A stretch of DNA of 64,000 nt from Myxococcota bacterium (GCA_039028615.1 JBCCHT010000050.1:29183-93182); one strand, 5' to 3'; shown: positions 53,425-63,508, numbered from the stretch's first letter. Notes: generated by a model not told the origin, from the sequence alone. Numbers and translations are program-made.

Positions 53425-54219
53425 GTGATCGACCCGAGTCACTGGTACCTGCTGCCCGTCGGGCTCGGCGTCGCCTCGGTGGCGATGGCGGTGGGGATCT
53501 CGGGGTCGAACTTCTGGTTGCCCTTGTTCCTCGTGGCGCTGTCGCTGCCGCCCCGCATCGCGTTTTGGATGGCCTTGGCCACGATGGTCTTCGGCTCGGG
53601 CTCGGGAGTCGTCCGCAACCTTCGCGCAAAGACCATCGACGGTCGGCTCGCGGGGCACCTGCTGCTGCTGGCCGGGCCCGCCGCGATGCTCGGCTCGTTC
53701 GTCGCGACGCTCGTGCCCGCCGCTCCGCTGCTCGTGTTGTTCGCCCTCATCGCCGCGCTGTCGGGAGTGCGAGCGCTGCGACCCGTGGCCCCGGTCGAGC
53801 CCAACGGTGCGCAGAGGGCCACGGCCGAGCGCATGGGTCCGCTGCGCATCGCGGCCGGGGTCGGGGGTCTGCTGCAAGGCTTGGTGGCCACCGGGTGCGG
53901 GACCTTGTTGCTGCCTGCCCTGCTCGAGCATCGCCGCGCCGCCGCCCCGCGCCTGGTCGGGACCAGCGTGCTGGTGGTGTTCGTCAGCGCCATAGCCGCG
54001 GCCCTCGCCCGCCTCGATGGGTCGATGCTCGCGGCCCTGGCCGCCCGGCAGGAGACCATCGTGAGCATGCTGGCCTTCGCCGCGCCCGGGGTGGTGCTGG
54101 GTGGGCAGCTGGGTCCCCGGATCGCCCAGCGGCTGCCCCGACGAACCCTGCGTCGCTGCTTCGGCGTCCTATTGCTCTTGGTCGCTGTTCTGGTGGTGGT
54201 ACGAGCGTTCGGGGCCTGA
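53425..54219 (+). CDS. TauE/SafE (sulfite exporter-like) membrane protein
   Basis: VASVAMAVGISG...P, multiple TM helices, GGQLGPRIA...LRRCFG; GTG start inferred. Confidence 0.82.
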   Translation: MIDPSHWYLLPVGLGVASVAMAVGISGSNFWLPLFLVALSLPPRIAFWMALATMVFGSGSGVVRNLRAKTIDGRLAGHLLLLAGPAAMLGSFVATLVPAAPLLVLFALIAALSGVRALRPVAPVEPNGAQRATAERMGPLRIAAGVGGLLQGLVATGCGTLLLPALLEHRRAAAPRLVGTSVLVVFVSAIAAALARLDGSMLAALAARQETIVSMLAFAAPGVVLGGQLGPRIAQRLPRRTLRRCFGVLLLLVAVLVVVRAFGA

Positions 54220-54304
54220 TCGGGTTCGCTCGGGATCCGCTCGCGCAGATCGCGGGCGGCGATTTTCGTGCAACGGTTCGGCGCCCGCGGCCGAAAACCG
54301 TCCC

Positions 54305-55810
54305 GTGGCAACCACCTCGTGCCTGCCCCGCGTGGCCCTCGCCCCCGCGGAGCCCCTGGCCTCCTCGCGCTGGTTGGGTCGCTACGAGCTGCTCGAGCAG
54401 GTCGGGCGCGGGGCCACGGCCGAGGTGTGGCTGGCCCGGCGCCCACTCATGCCCGGGGCCCTCAAGCCCTGCGCCCTCAAGATCATCCACGAGAGCATCG
54501 CCGCGGGTGACCGGCAGCGCCACGCTTTCCTCAAAGAGGCCCGCCTCGCCCTCAAGATGTCGCACGCCAACATCGCGTCCATCTTCGACGTCGGCGAGGC
54601 TTCGGGTCGCTTGTTCATGGCCCTCGAGTGGGTCGACGGCGTGCACCTGCGGCACTTCACCGAGCGGGTCCGGGCCAGCGAGGGTCCGCTCGCGGTCGAC
54701 GAAGCCTGCTACCTCATCGGCGAGATCTTGCAGGGCCTGCGCTACGCCCACGGCCTCCGCGTGCAGGGCCAACCCCTGGGCGTGGTGCACCGCGACATCG
54801 CCCCGCACAACGTGCTCGTCAGTGCGGCGGGCGAGGTGAAGCTGCTCGACTTCGGCATCGCCCGGGTCCGCGGCGAGTTCAGCTCCGGCACACACATCAA
54901 AGGCCGCGCCCGCTACATGGCGCCCGAGCAATTCGACGGGCACGCCGAGCAGGCCTCCGACCTGTTCTCCGTGGGCGCTGTGTTTCACGAGCTCCTCGAC
55001 GGTCAGCGATTCCGCGAGGGCTTCGACCGCGGTCACGACTGGCATCGGGTGGTCGAGCGAGCGCCGCTCCCCGTGCTGTCGCGAGCCGACGTCCCCCCCG
55101 AGGTCGAAGCCCTCCGGGTCGCCCTGCTGCAACCCGACCCCCGCCAGCGCATCGCCACCGCCGACGAGGCCCTCCGCTGGCTCGCCAAGTGCCCCTGCTC
55201 CACCGGGGCCCTGGCGCTGCGCGGCCGCTACCAACGCTGCGTCGGCCAGCGTCATCGCACCGGTCTCACCCGGCCGTGGACCACCGTCCCCTGCTCCACC
55301 ACCGACGCGGACACCGAGCGTGCCCCTCGTGCGCGAAGTCGCTCGCGTGGAGACACCACCACCCAGAGCTCTCCCAACGCCGTCGTCCGGCACCGCGCCG
55401 CACCGGCCCTCCGACCGCGTGTCCGTGCCTCCGTGTTGCAGCAGCTTTCGTGGGCGCTTTGGGGTCTGTCGGCGGCGCTGGCCACCACCGCGTTGGCCCT
55501 GTTCCTGGCGCCGGCGGAACCACGCCCTCAGCCGTGCATCCACGAGCCCGAGGTCGCCGCGGGCGCGGCCGCTTTGCTCTCATTGCGGGGCAACGACTTG
55601 CCCCGAGCCCAAGTCCGCATCGACATGCAGGTCGTCGAGGTCGCCGAGGGGCACAATTGCTGGCTGTCTCCCGGGGTACACGAACTGCAATGGCGAAGGT
55701 CCCCCGAGCAACCCTGGACGAGGCTGGGCTCTCGCATGCTCACTTCCGCCAAGGAGCACCTGCTTCGGGTCAGCGAGGACGGATTGGTGATTAGCGCGTA
55801 CGATCCCTGA
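54305..55810 (+). CDS. Ser/Thr protein kinase with a C-terminal TM segment
   Basis: GRGATAEV, ALK, HRDIAPHN, DFGIA, YMAPEQ, SDLFSVG. Start uncertain. Confidence 0.9.
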   Translation: MATTSCLPRVALAPAEPLASSRWLGRYELLEQVGRGATAEVWLARRPLMPGALKPCALKIIHESIAAGDRQRHAFLKEARLALKMSHANIASIFDVGEASGRLFMALEWVDGVHLRHFTERVRASEGPLAVDEACYLIGEILQGLRYAHGLRVQGQPLGVVHRDIAPHNVLVSAAGEVKLLDFGIARVRGEFSSGTHIKGRARYMAPEQFDGHAEQASDLFSVGAVFHELLDGQRFREGFDRGHDWHRVVERAPLPVLSRADVPPEVEALRVALLQPDPRQRIATADEALRWLAKCPCSTGALALRGRYQRCVGQRHRTGLTRPWTTVPCSTTDADTERAPRARSRSRGDTTTQSSPNAVVRHRAAPALRPRVRASVLQQLSWALWGLSAALATTALALFLAPAEPRPQPCIHEPEVAAGAAALLSLRGNDLPRAQVRIDMQVVEVAEGHNCWLSPGVHELQWRRSPEQPWTRLGSRMLTSAKEHLLRVSEDGLVISAYDP

Positions 55811-55818
55811 ACCAGCGC

Positions 55819-57438
55819 ATGCCCAACTCGGCCGACCCCAACCGCGCGACTCGTGCATACCGCGCCGCCGTCCCCGTCGACGAAGAAGACATCCACCCCG
55901 GTGCCGTCGTCGGTGAGGGCCGCTTCGAGATCGCGGGGATCATCGGTCGAGGTGCGATGGCCTCGGTGTTCCGCGCCCGCGACCACCGACGCGATCGGGA
56001 CATCGCCCTCAAGGTGTTGGCCCGCAAGTACATCGGCCACCACGACCGCGAGCGACGTTTCGAAAACGAAGCGCGGCTGGGCAGTCGATTGCAGGGTCAC
56101 CGCAACGTCGTGGCCCCGCTCGAGGCCGGCGTCCTCGAGGACTGCGGCGGTCGCATGTTCCTCGCCATGGAGCTGGTCCGCGGCCCCACCCTCACCGACC
56201 TCGTGGCGATGCACGGTCCGCTGCCCGTCGACGAGGCCTGCATGTACGCCCGCGACGTCGCCCGGGCCCTCCGCGACCTCCACCAGGGCGGCGTGGTCCA
56301 CCGCGACATCAAGCCCGAGAACGTCATCGTGGTGCAGACGGCCGAGGGCCGCGTGGCCAAGCTGCTCGACTTCGGTCTGGCGGCCGACATCGGCACGGGC
56401 TCGAGCGCCGACAACCGACAGACCCGGCTCGGCGAGCGGCCCGGCACGCGGCACTACATGTCGCCCGAGCAGGCCTGGGACGCGCCCGCCCACCCCGTCT
56501 TCGACATCTACGCCCTCGGCGTCACGCTGTACGAGTTGCTCACCGGGCACCCGCCCTTCTTCGAGCTCGACGACGCCGAGGTCATCGCCCGCAAGTGCGA
56601 CCTCACCCTGCCCGTCCCCTCGATCAAGGGGAAGCGCGAGGGCATGCCGCCGCGGCTGGAGATCCTCATCGACGCCTGCCTCGAGCCGGTCGCCAAGAAA
56701 CGCCTGCCCAGCATCAACGCGTTCCTCAAGCGCCTCGATGCAATCACGCAGAACTCGGGCAGCCCGGCCCCGCGCGCGCGCCAGCAGACCAGCATGGTCG
56801 GTCAGGCCCGGACCATCGAGCCGGCCAAGCGCAAGAAGAGCCGCCTGCCCGAGATCATGGCTCAAGCCGCGGCCAAGAAGCAGCAGCCCGAGTTCGCCGC
56901 GGCCGGGCCCTCCTCCCCCGACGCGCCCACGCCCGATCCCGATCGGCAGGTCAGTCGCCGCGCCGTCAATCGGGCCGTCGAAGGCCTGGCCCAGTCCGCC
57001 ACCGCGCTCGGGGGCCAGCCCGCCCATGTTCCATACCTGCAACCCACCGCTCCGGGTCCGCAGGCCTCACCGCCCGTCGCCGCGCCGCCCGTCGCCGCGC
57101 CGCCCGTCGCTTCGCCTCCGCCCGCCTCGCCCAACCTCGGTCCGGCACCCGCGGGTCCGGTCTACACCGCCGGAGTGCAGGCCCCCGCCAGCGATCCCTA
57201 CCAAGCGGTGAGCCCGGGTCACGCCAGCGACCCGTACCAAGCCGCAGCGGCTGTCCCTGCGGGCGCACCTCATCCCGGGGCCTATGCCGCCCCCGCTCCC
57301 GTCCCGCCGCGCACGACCCAGCGCCGTCGCCCCGCGCCCACCAACCGCGCGGTGGTCATCGCCCTCATCGCGGGCGCAGTGCTCAGCGCTCTGTTGGTCG
57401 TGGGGCTGTGGCTGTGGCTGGGCGCTCGCGCTGGCTGA
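55819..57438 (+). CDS. Ser/Thr protein kinase with Pro-rich tail and C-terminal TM anchor
   Basis: GRGAMASV, IALK, HRDIKPEN, DFGLA, GTRHYMSPEQ, DIYALG; PPVAA repeats. Confidence 0.93.
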   Translation: MPNSADPNRATRAYRAAVPVDEEDIHPGAVVGEGRFEIAGIIGRGAMASVFRARDHRRDRDIALKVLARKYIGHHDRERRFENEARLGSRLQGHRNVVAPLEAGVLEDCGGRMFLAMELVRGPTLTDLVAMHGPLPVDEACMYARDVARALRDLHQGGVVHRDIKPENVIVVQTAEGRVAKLLDFGLAADIGTGSSADNRQTRLGERPGTRHYMSPEQAWDAPAHPVFDIYALGVTLYELLTGHPPFFELDDAEVIARKCDLTLPVPSIKGKREGMPPRLEILIDACLEPVAKKRLPSINAFLKRLDAITQNSGSPAPRARQQTSMVGQARTIEPAKRKKSRLPEIMAQAAAKKQQPEFAAAGPSSPDAPTPDPDRQVSRRAVNRAVEGLAQSATALGGQPAHVPYLQPTAPGPQASPPVAAPPVAAPPVASPPPASPNLGPAPAGPVYTAGVQAPASDPYQAVSPGHASDPYQAAAAVPAGAPHPGAYAAPAPVPPRTTQRRRPAPTNRAVVIALIAGAVLSALLVVGLWLWLGARAG

Positions 57439-57520
57439 GCGCCATTCTGGCCCAGGCGCACGTCACGCGACGCGAGGGACTGGAACCCGGTCCGCGTTCC
57501 GGTCATAACGTCGTCGCACC

Positions 57521-58810
57521 ATGACCAAGACCAGCGAGCAGCTCTTCACCAGTGCCCAGCGGGTGATCCCCGGTGGCGTCAACAGCCCGGTACGAGCCTT
57601 CGCTTCGGTCGGCGGCGCGCCGCCGTTCATCGCCCGCGCCAACGGTGCGCACCTGTGGACCGAGGACGGCACCCAGCTCATCGACTACGTCGGCACCTGG
57701 GGTCCCGCCTTGCTGGGCCACGCTCACCCCGAGGTCGTCGAAGCGGTCACCAAGGCCGCCGCCGATGGCCTGAGCTTCGGCGCGGCCACCCGAGCCGAGG
57801 TCGAGTTCGCCGAGCTCGTGTGCTCGATGGTCCCGAGCCTGAAGGACGGGCTCGTCCGCATGGTCTGCTCCGGCACCGAGGCCACCATGAGCGCCCTGCG
57901 AGTCGCCCGTGGCTTCACCGGTCGCTCCAAGGTCGTGAAGATGGACGGGGCCTATCACGGGCACGCCGACATGCTGCTCGTCGCCGCCGGCTCGGGCGCG
58001 GCCACGCTGGGCATCCCCGGCTCGGCCGGCGTGCCCGCGCGGGCGGTCGAGGACACCCTGCTGCTCCCCCACAACGACCTCGAGGCGGCCACCGCCCTGT
58101 GTGAGAAGCACGGGGACGAGATCGCCGCGATCATCGTCGAGCCCGTGGCCGGCAACATGGGCTGCGTGCCCCCGCGCCCCGGCTACCTCGAGGGCCTGCG
58201 TGAGCTGACCAGCAAGCACGGCATCGTCTTCATCTTCGACGAGGTCATGACCGGCTTCCGCGTCGCCCGGGGCGGCGCGCAGGAGCGCTTCGGGGTCACG
58301 CCCGACATGACCTGCCTCGGCAAGATCGTCGGCGGCGGCATGCCCGTGGCCGCCTACGGTGGCCGCCGCGACATCATGGAGAAGGTCGCCCCGCTCGGCC
58401 CCGTCTATCAGGCGGGCACGCTCAGCGGGAACCCGCTCGGCGTCGCCGCGGGCCTCACCACCCTGAAGATCATCGAGCGCGATCCGCCCTACGCCCGCCT
58501 CGAAGAGCTCTCCGCTCGCCTCGCCGACGGACTCTCCGAGCGCGCGGCCGCGGCCGGAATCCCGTTCCACGGCAATCGTGTCGGCGCCATGCTCACCGGC
58601 TTCTTCCAAGACGGGCCGGTCCACGACTACGACGACGCCAAGAAGAGCGATCTCGATCGCTTTGCGCGCTATCACCAGGGCATGCTGAGCGAGGGGATCT
58701 ACCTGGCCCCGTCTCAATTCGAGGCCGCGTTCGTGTCGATCGCTCACGACGAGGCGCTCATCGACCAGACCCTGGACGCGGCCGCCAAGGCCTTCGCCGC
58801 CCTCGCCTAG
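57521..58810 (+). CDS. hemL: Glutamate-1-semialdehyde 2,1-aminomutase
   Basis: [59 protein letters not shown]. Confidence 0.97.
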   Translation: MTKTSEQLFTSAQRVIPGGVNSPVRAFASVGGAPPFIARANGAHLWTEDGTQLIDYVGTWGPALLGHAHPEVVEAVTKAAADGLSFGAATRAEVEFAELVCSMVPSLKDGLVRMVCSGTEATMSALRVARGFTGRSKVVKMDGAYHGHADMLLVAAGSGAATLGIPGSAGVPARAVEDTLLLPHNDLEAATALCEKHGDEIAAIIVEPVAGNMGCVPPRPGYLEGLRELTSKHGIVFIFDEVMTGFRVARGGAQERFGVTPDMTCLGKIVGGGMPVAAYGGRRDIMEKVAPLGPVYQAGTLSGNPLGVAAGLTTLKIIERDPPYARLEELSARLADGLSERAAAAGIPFHGNRVGAMLTGFFQDGPVHDYDDAKKSDLDRFARYHQGMLSEGIYLAPSQFEAAFVSIAHDEALIDQTLDAAAKAFAALA

Positions 58811-58862
58811 CCCACCCCGAGCGAACCATTCCCCCACCCGTACCGCCGAGGCTCGACACCCG

Positions 58863-59162
58863 ATGGCCCCCTCCGACCCCAAGACCCCGCCCAAACGAGC
58901 GATCTGGTTCCAGTACACCGACGCCTCGTCCATCGGGATCGAGATGGCGGTGGCGATCAGCATCGGAGCCGTGGGGGGCTACTACATCGAGCGCTATCTC
59001 ACCCATTGGTCCCCCTGGACCATGCTGATCGGATTTGCGGTAGGGGTCGCGGCCGCGGTCAAGGCCGTGCTACGCACGGCTCGGACCTACCAGGCCTCGC
59101 TGAGGCGCGACGCCGAAGAGCAAGCGGCCCAGTCCGACGCCAACGAGGACGAAGACGCATGA
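58863..59162 (+). CDS. AtpZ/AtpI family small membrane protein
   Basis: SSIGIEMAVAISIGAVGGYYIER...PWTMLIG; first gene of the Fo block. Confidence 0.85.
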   Translation: MAPSDPKTPPKRAIWFQYTDASSIGIEMAVAISIGAVGGYYIERYLTHWSPWTMLIGFAVGVAAAVKAVLRTARTYQASLRRDAEEQAAQSDANEDEDA

Positions 59163-59572
59163 GCAACCCGCCCAACTCGACCCCCCTTCTGCGGAGCGCC
59201 GCGGGTTGGATGGTGGTGTTGGTGGCGATCGCTGGCGCGATCTCTCACTGGCTGTTCGGGCGCGAGATGAGCCTGGGTGTCGCGCTCGGGGCGCTCGTCG
59301 GATTCGCCAACTTGTTGCTGCTCGCGAGGGCCCTCGGAACAGTCCTCCGCGACCCCGAACAGTACCGTCCGACAGGGGCGCGAACTTGGGTTCTACCGGG
59401 CGTAATCCTGCTCAAGTGGCCATTCATCCTCCTTGCGCTGGCTATGATCCTTTGGTACATGCCGGCCCGACCTGAAGGGGTGGCCCTTGGTGCCCTCCTT
59501 GCCCTCGCGGCGGCATCCATCGCCGCGATTCGGGCCAAGCAGGGCAGCAACGTTCCGACCTCCTCTTCCTGA
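59159..59572 (+). CDS. atpI: ATP synthase subunit I
   Basis: Four TM helices, GVALGALVGFANLLLL; lies between atpZ-like gene and atpB. Confidence 0.75.
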   Translation: MSNPPNSTPLLRSAAGWMVVLVAIAGAISHWLFGREMSLGVALGALVGFANLLLLARALGTVLRDPEQYRPTGARTWVLPGVILLKWPFILLALAMILWYMPARPEGVALGALLALAAASIAAIRAKQGSNVPTSSS

Positions 59573-59577
59573 CTGCC

Positions 59578-60366
59578 ATGGGCGATCACGACACTTGGTA
59601 CACGCTGCTGCCGTTCTGGCACGACTTCGAGCACACGTTCGAAGAAGGCCTGCGCCGCGACTGGAAGTTCCTGATGTTTCAGGACACGCACTTCACCATG
59701 GTTCACGTGGTGGGGGCGCTCATCGCCGCGGTCCTCATCCTCGTCGCCACGCTTCGCTACCGCAGCAACCTCAGTAGCAGCGAGACGCGCAACGGCCTGC
59801 TCCCGAGCCGCCGCTTCACCCTCGCCGCCATGATCGACGGCATCGTCGGCGCCACCTACAAGCTGTCGGTCGACGTCATGGGTGAGAAGGACGCCAAGAA
59901 GTTCCTTCCCCTGACCGGCACGCTCGCGCTGTTCATCCTCTGCTGCAACATGCAGGGCCTCATCCCGGGCCTGCTGCCGCCGACCGACACGCTCAAGACC
60001 AACCTGGCGCTCTCGCTGCTGGTCTTCATCGTCTACAACGTGATGGGCGTCTATCGGAACGGCATGAGCTACCTGAGCCACTTCTTCGGGCCCAAGCTCG
60101 GCGGCTTCCCCTGGCTCTTCCCCATCTTCCTGCCCGTCGAGATTGCCTCGCACTTGGGCCGCCCGGTGTCGCTTTCCTTGCGGCTGATGGGCAACATCCT
60201 CGCCGACCACAAGGTCGTGCTCGCCATCGCCGGCCTCATCGCCGTGGTGGCCCCCGTACCCTTCCTTCTGCTGGGAGTTCTGGTCGTCATCGTCCAGACT
60301 CTCATCTTCACCCTGCTGACGATCATCTACATCGGCGCCGCCATCGAGCACCACGCCGACCACTGA
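59578..60366 (+). CDS. atpB: ATP synthase Fo subunit a
   Basis: NMQGLIPG...[28 protein letters not shown]. Confidence 0.97.
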   Translation: MGDHDTWYTLLPFWHDFEHTFEEGLRRDWKFLMFQDTHFTMVHVVGALIAAVLILVATLRYRSNLSSSETRNGLLPSRRFTLAAMIDGIVGATYKLSVDVMGEKDAKKFLPLTGTLALFILCCNMQGLIPGLLPPTDTLKTNLALSLLVFIVYNVMGVYRNGMSYLSHFFGPKLGGFPWLFPIFLPVEIASHLGRPVSLSLRLMGNILADHKVVLAIAGLIAVVAPVPFLLLGVLVVIVQTLIFTLLTIIYIGAAIEHHADH

Positions 60367-60404
60367 TCGAGCACCCTTCGTCGGAATCCCACAGGACACC
60401 AACC

Positions 60405-60731
60405 ATGACCCGTCGTCTTTCCTCCCTCGTCGCTTTCGTGACCTGCTTCCTCGCGCCGATGATCGCGATGGCTGCTCCCGCCGCTGGCGGTGGTGGTCCC
60501 AACGACGGCATCTTCGCCATCGCGATGGGCTTCGGCATGGGCCTCGCCGCCCTTGGCTGTGGCATGGGTCAGGGCCGCGCTGCCGCTGCCGCCCTCGAGG
60601 GCATCTGCCGTAACCCGAACGCCGCCGAGAAGGTCAACACCCCGATGCTTCTGGGTCTCGCCTTCATCGAGTCGCTGACCATTTTCACCCTGGTCACCGC
60701 GTTCCTCATCTACGGCAAGTTCGGAACCTAA
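60405..60731 (+). CDS. atpE: ATP synthase Fo subunit c with N-terminal extension
   Basis: [12 protein letters not shown] loop, GLAFIESL. Confidence 0.96.
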   Translation: MTRRLSSLVAFVTCFLAPMIAMAAPAAGGGGPNDGIFAIAMGFGMGLAALGCGMGQGRAAAAALEGICRNPNAAEKVNTPMLLGLAFIESLTIFTLVTAFLIYGKFGT

Positions 60732-60802
60732 ACAGACCTCCGGGCTCGGTGCCATCATCACGGTGGCACCCCGGCGTGCTCTCTCGAGAGCCAGGGTTTT
60801 TG

Positions 60803-60838
60803 TCGAAGCCGGTCGTCCCCACGGACGATCGGCTTCGA
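60803..60838. repeat. 16-bp stem hairpin downstream of atpE
   Basis: TCGAAGCCGGTCGTCC-CCAC-GGACGATCGGCTTCGA (one G-T pair). Confidence 0.6.
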
Positions 60839-60961
60839 TCGTTTCGAACGCCCGCCGCGGGGCTGCTCTCCCATGCGCGCACAACCCAATGCGACGCAGG
60901 TACTCCTCGTCGAAGCGCTCCCACGAGCGTCCTCCCGTCCACGGTCCGCCTCCGCGGACGA

Positions 60962-61110
60962 CACGTCGCGATGGTCGTCGCCGCGCCGAGTCGGAAACGC
61001 CCTCACCTCCCTCCGCGCCGGGTCAGCACCAACCCACGCTCTCGCCCCTGGCACGTTGCGAATGGTCGTCGCCAGCCCGAATCGAGACGCCTCACCTCCT
61101 CCTTGCCGGG
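60962..61110 (+). repeat. Degenerate ~60-bp direct repeat, two copies about 90 bp apart
   Basis: CACGT.GCG(A)ATGGTCGTCGCC...ACGCC(C)TCACCTCC...GCCGGG at 60962-61023 and 61052-61110. Confidence 0.6.
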
Positions 61111-61318
61111 CGCGCGCGAACCGTCGTGCCACCACTTCGTGCGATGGCAGGAGCGAAGCCGTTAAGACGTACCGCCACAGCACCTGTCGCATGGCCGCGA
61201 CCCACTTTCACGTCGCGAACTTCCAACAATGCTGCTTTCGGGCGAAGGGCCGCCCGAGGCACGCATTAGGCCACCTTTCGGGCTCTTGATCGCGGTCGGG
61301 TGGTGATACCTTCCGCGC

Positions 61319-61870
61319 GTGCGAAACCGGAATCTGATGCGAGGCCTCCTGTCCCTTCCCCTGTGCGCGATGCTTGCGGCCACTGGCGGCTGCGACGACG
61401 CGAAGAAGGACGCGAAGAAGGACGACAAGGCTGCCGCCAAGGACAAGAAGGACGGCAAAGACGCCAAGAAAGCCGACGGCGCCGACGCCAAGAAGGCCGA
61501 CGGTGGCGATGCCAAGGCCGACGGTGGAGACGCCGCGGCGGCCGACGGTGGCGGCGACCTCATCAAGGCCAACGCCGTCGACTGGTACAAGGAGTACATG
61601 GCGGTCAAGGGTGCCGACGCCATGAAGTACATGGGCAAGAAGGTCGAGGTCACCGGCAAGGTCAAGAAGATCATCACCGAGATGGACGAGTCCCAGAAGG
61701 TCTGGCTCGTGGGTGAGGGCGAAGGCTGGGTCTCGCTGCAGTTCACCGACAAGGGTGCGAAGGTCAAGGAGATGAAGCCGGCCGAGGGTTCGGACCTCAC
61801 GGCGACCTGTGGCATCGGTGGTGCGTCGCCGGGCAAGTTCGTCATGATGGTGGACTGCGAGGTCAAGTAA
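61319..61870 (+). CDS. Lipoprotein with Lys/Asp/Ala linker and OB-fold (tRNA_anti-like) domain
   Basis: Signal ending TGGC, DAKK repeats, AVDWYKEY...KYMGKKVEVTGKVKKI...ATC...DC. Confidence 0.8.
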   Translation: MRNRNLMRGLLSLPLCAMLAATGGCDDAKKDAKKDDKAAAKDKKDGKDAKKADGADAKKADGGDAKADGGDAAAADGGGDLIKANAVDWYKEYMAVKGADAMKYMGKKVEVTGKVKKIITEMDESQKVWLVGEGEGWVSLQFTDKGAKVKEMKPAEGSDLTATCGIGGASPGKFVMMVDCEVK

Positions 61871-61906
61871 TCACCTCCTCGCGTCAGTCCCCGACGCGAC
61901 TTGCCG

Positions 61907-61948
61907 AAACGCCCTGCTGGTCTGGTGGCCGCGGGGCGTTTTGCTTTG
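61907..61948 (+). terminator. Probable intrinsic terminator
   Basis: AAACGCCCTGC...GCGGGGCGTTT followed by T-rich sequence. Confidence 0.6.
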
Positions 61949-62033
61949 GTTTGGGTGTCGAGGTGGGGAATGGGGAGCTCGGGGGCTCCTGCGATCGGGA
62001 GAGGGCTTGGAGAGGGCTTGGCGAGTGTTCGAA

Positions 62034-62559
62034 TGAAGGGCTCGCCTGTTGACGGCTGGAACCCTCCCCGGACGTGCTCGGCGGCCGTTGCGGCCGAGTG
62101 TTTCGCGGCGGGTGTCGGCGGCCGCCTCCGCGCGACCGGGCCCCCTCCATCCTGCGCGGCTTCGCTTCAGCCCTCCCCGCGGCGCAGTCTCTCGGGCGGA
62201 CGGTTGTGGCGCTCTGCTTAGGTGGTGGGAAGCTTGCTTCGATGCCTTTTGATGGTGCGTTTCCTTCGACGCTGGTTGCTTTGGCCGGGTTTTAGGCCTT
62301 GGCGATGGGTGATGTGGGCCTGGGTGCTTGTGCGAAGGGAGGAGTGCTTGGAGAGGGTTCGGTGACTGTTCGACTGAAGGGCTCGCCTGTTGACGGCTGG
62401 AACCCTCCCCGGACGTGCTCGGCGGCCGTTGCAGCGGGGTGTCTCGCGGCGGGTGTCGGCGGCCGCCTCCGCGCGACCGGGCCCCCTCCATCCTACGCGG
62501 CTTCGCTTCAGCCCTCCCCGCGGCGCAGTCTCTCGAGCGACCGGTTGTGGCGCTCTGCT
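62034..62559 (+). repeat. Left array of a ~342-bp repeat (two 185-bp cores plus linker)
   Basis: Cores at 62034-62218 and 62375-62559 (TGAAGGGCTCGCCTGTTGACGG...GTTGTGGCGCTCTGCT), period 341. Confidence 0.92.
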
Positions 62560-62599
62560 CCGGCAATTAGCAGGAAGACTTGAGGGGCAGTTGTTGCGC

Positions 62600-63116
62600 T
62601 TTGTTCGGCGAAGCGGTGGAGAGTTTCGCGGATGACTGTCGGGCTGTACTCCGGCGGAGCGGCGAAGGGCCTGCGGGGATAGGGCCCCCTACTTCATCGA
62701 AGAGGCGGAGTGCCTGCGGGGATAGGGCCCCCTACTCTGGCGGAGCGGTGGAGGGCGTACGGGGACTGGGCCTCCTGCTTCGGCGAAGCGGAGGAGTGCT
62801 CGACGAGCAGTTGTCATGCACTGCTCCTGTGAAGCGGTGGGTGCTCGAGAAGCAGTTGTGGCGGCCTGCTTCGGCGAAGCGGTGGAGATTTCGCGGGTGA
62901 TTTTGGGGCTGTGCTCTGGCGGAGCGGCGGAGGGCCTGCGGGGATTGGGCGCGCTGCTTCAGCGAAGCGGTGGAGTGCTCGAGAGGCAGTTGTCACGCAA
63001 TGCTCCAGCGAAGCGGTGAAGTGCTCGAGGCGCAATTGTGGCGCTCTGCACCGGCGAAGCGATGGAAGGCTCGCGGTGGAGGTCGTGGCGCCCTGCTTCG
63101 CCGGAGCGGTGGAGTA
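62600..63116 (+). repeat. Tandem array of 12 degenerate ~45-bp units, each with a mini-hairpin (REP-like)
   Basis: Consensus CTGCTYC-GGC-GRAGCGGTGGAG; hairpins start at 62603, 62649, 62692, 62735, 62778, 62824, 62869, 62914, 62957, 63003, 63049 and 63096 (spacing 43-47). Confidence 0.85.
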
Positions 63117-63124
63117 CTCGAGGT

Positions 63125-63460
63125 GAGGACGTGTCAGAAATTCTGTGGGTGAAGGCGTCGGCCTGAAGATGGGCTCCGAGCAAACGAAGGAGCAACCATG
63201 GAAGCCGAAGTCATCGACAACTTGATCAAGAAGCTGGATCTGAAGCCCGGTGCAGAGCTGTTTAGCGCCAATGGACTGGTGAAGCAGATAACCGAACGGC
63301 TCGTGGAGAAGGTCCTAGAGGTCGAGATGGAGGAGCACCTGGGCTACCCCAAGGGCGAGCGTGGCGACGTTCCCCGGCCCAACCCACGCAACGGCACGAG
63401 CTCGACGCGAGTGAGAGCCGACGACGGCGAACTCGATCTGAAGGTGACACGCTCGCGATG
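63125..63460 (+). mobile_element. IS256-family left end with truncated transposase
   Basis: Candidate terminal repeat GAGGACGTGTCAGAAATTCTGTG at 63125; AAGGAG + ATG 63198; N-terminal transposase motifs. Confidence 0.8.
63198..63460 (+). pseudogene. IS256-family transposase N-terminal fragment
   Basis: GLVKQITERLVEKVLEVEMEEHLGY...NPRNG...GELDLKVTR, then similarity is lost and the frame runs into the repeat; no DDE domain. Confidence 0.85.
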
Positions 63461-63508
63461 GGCCACGGTGCTTTCGGAACGATCAACCCGGCCACGAGCA
63501 TGGGGAAT

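Noticed and set aside
62600..63116. CRISPR array
   Set aside because: Repeats are degenerate, the intervening segments recur rather than being unique, the period is only ~45 bp, and no cas genes are in the window.
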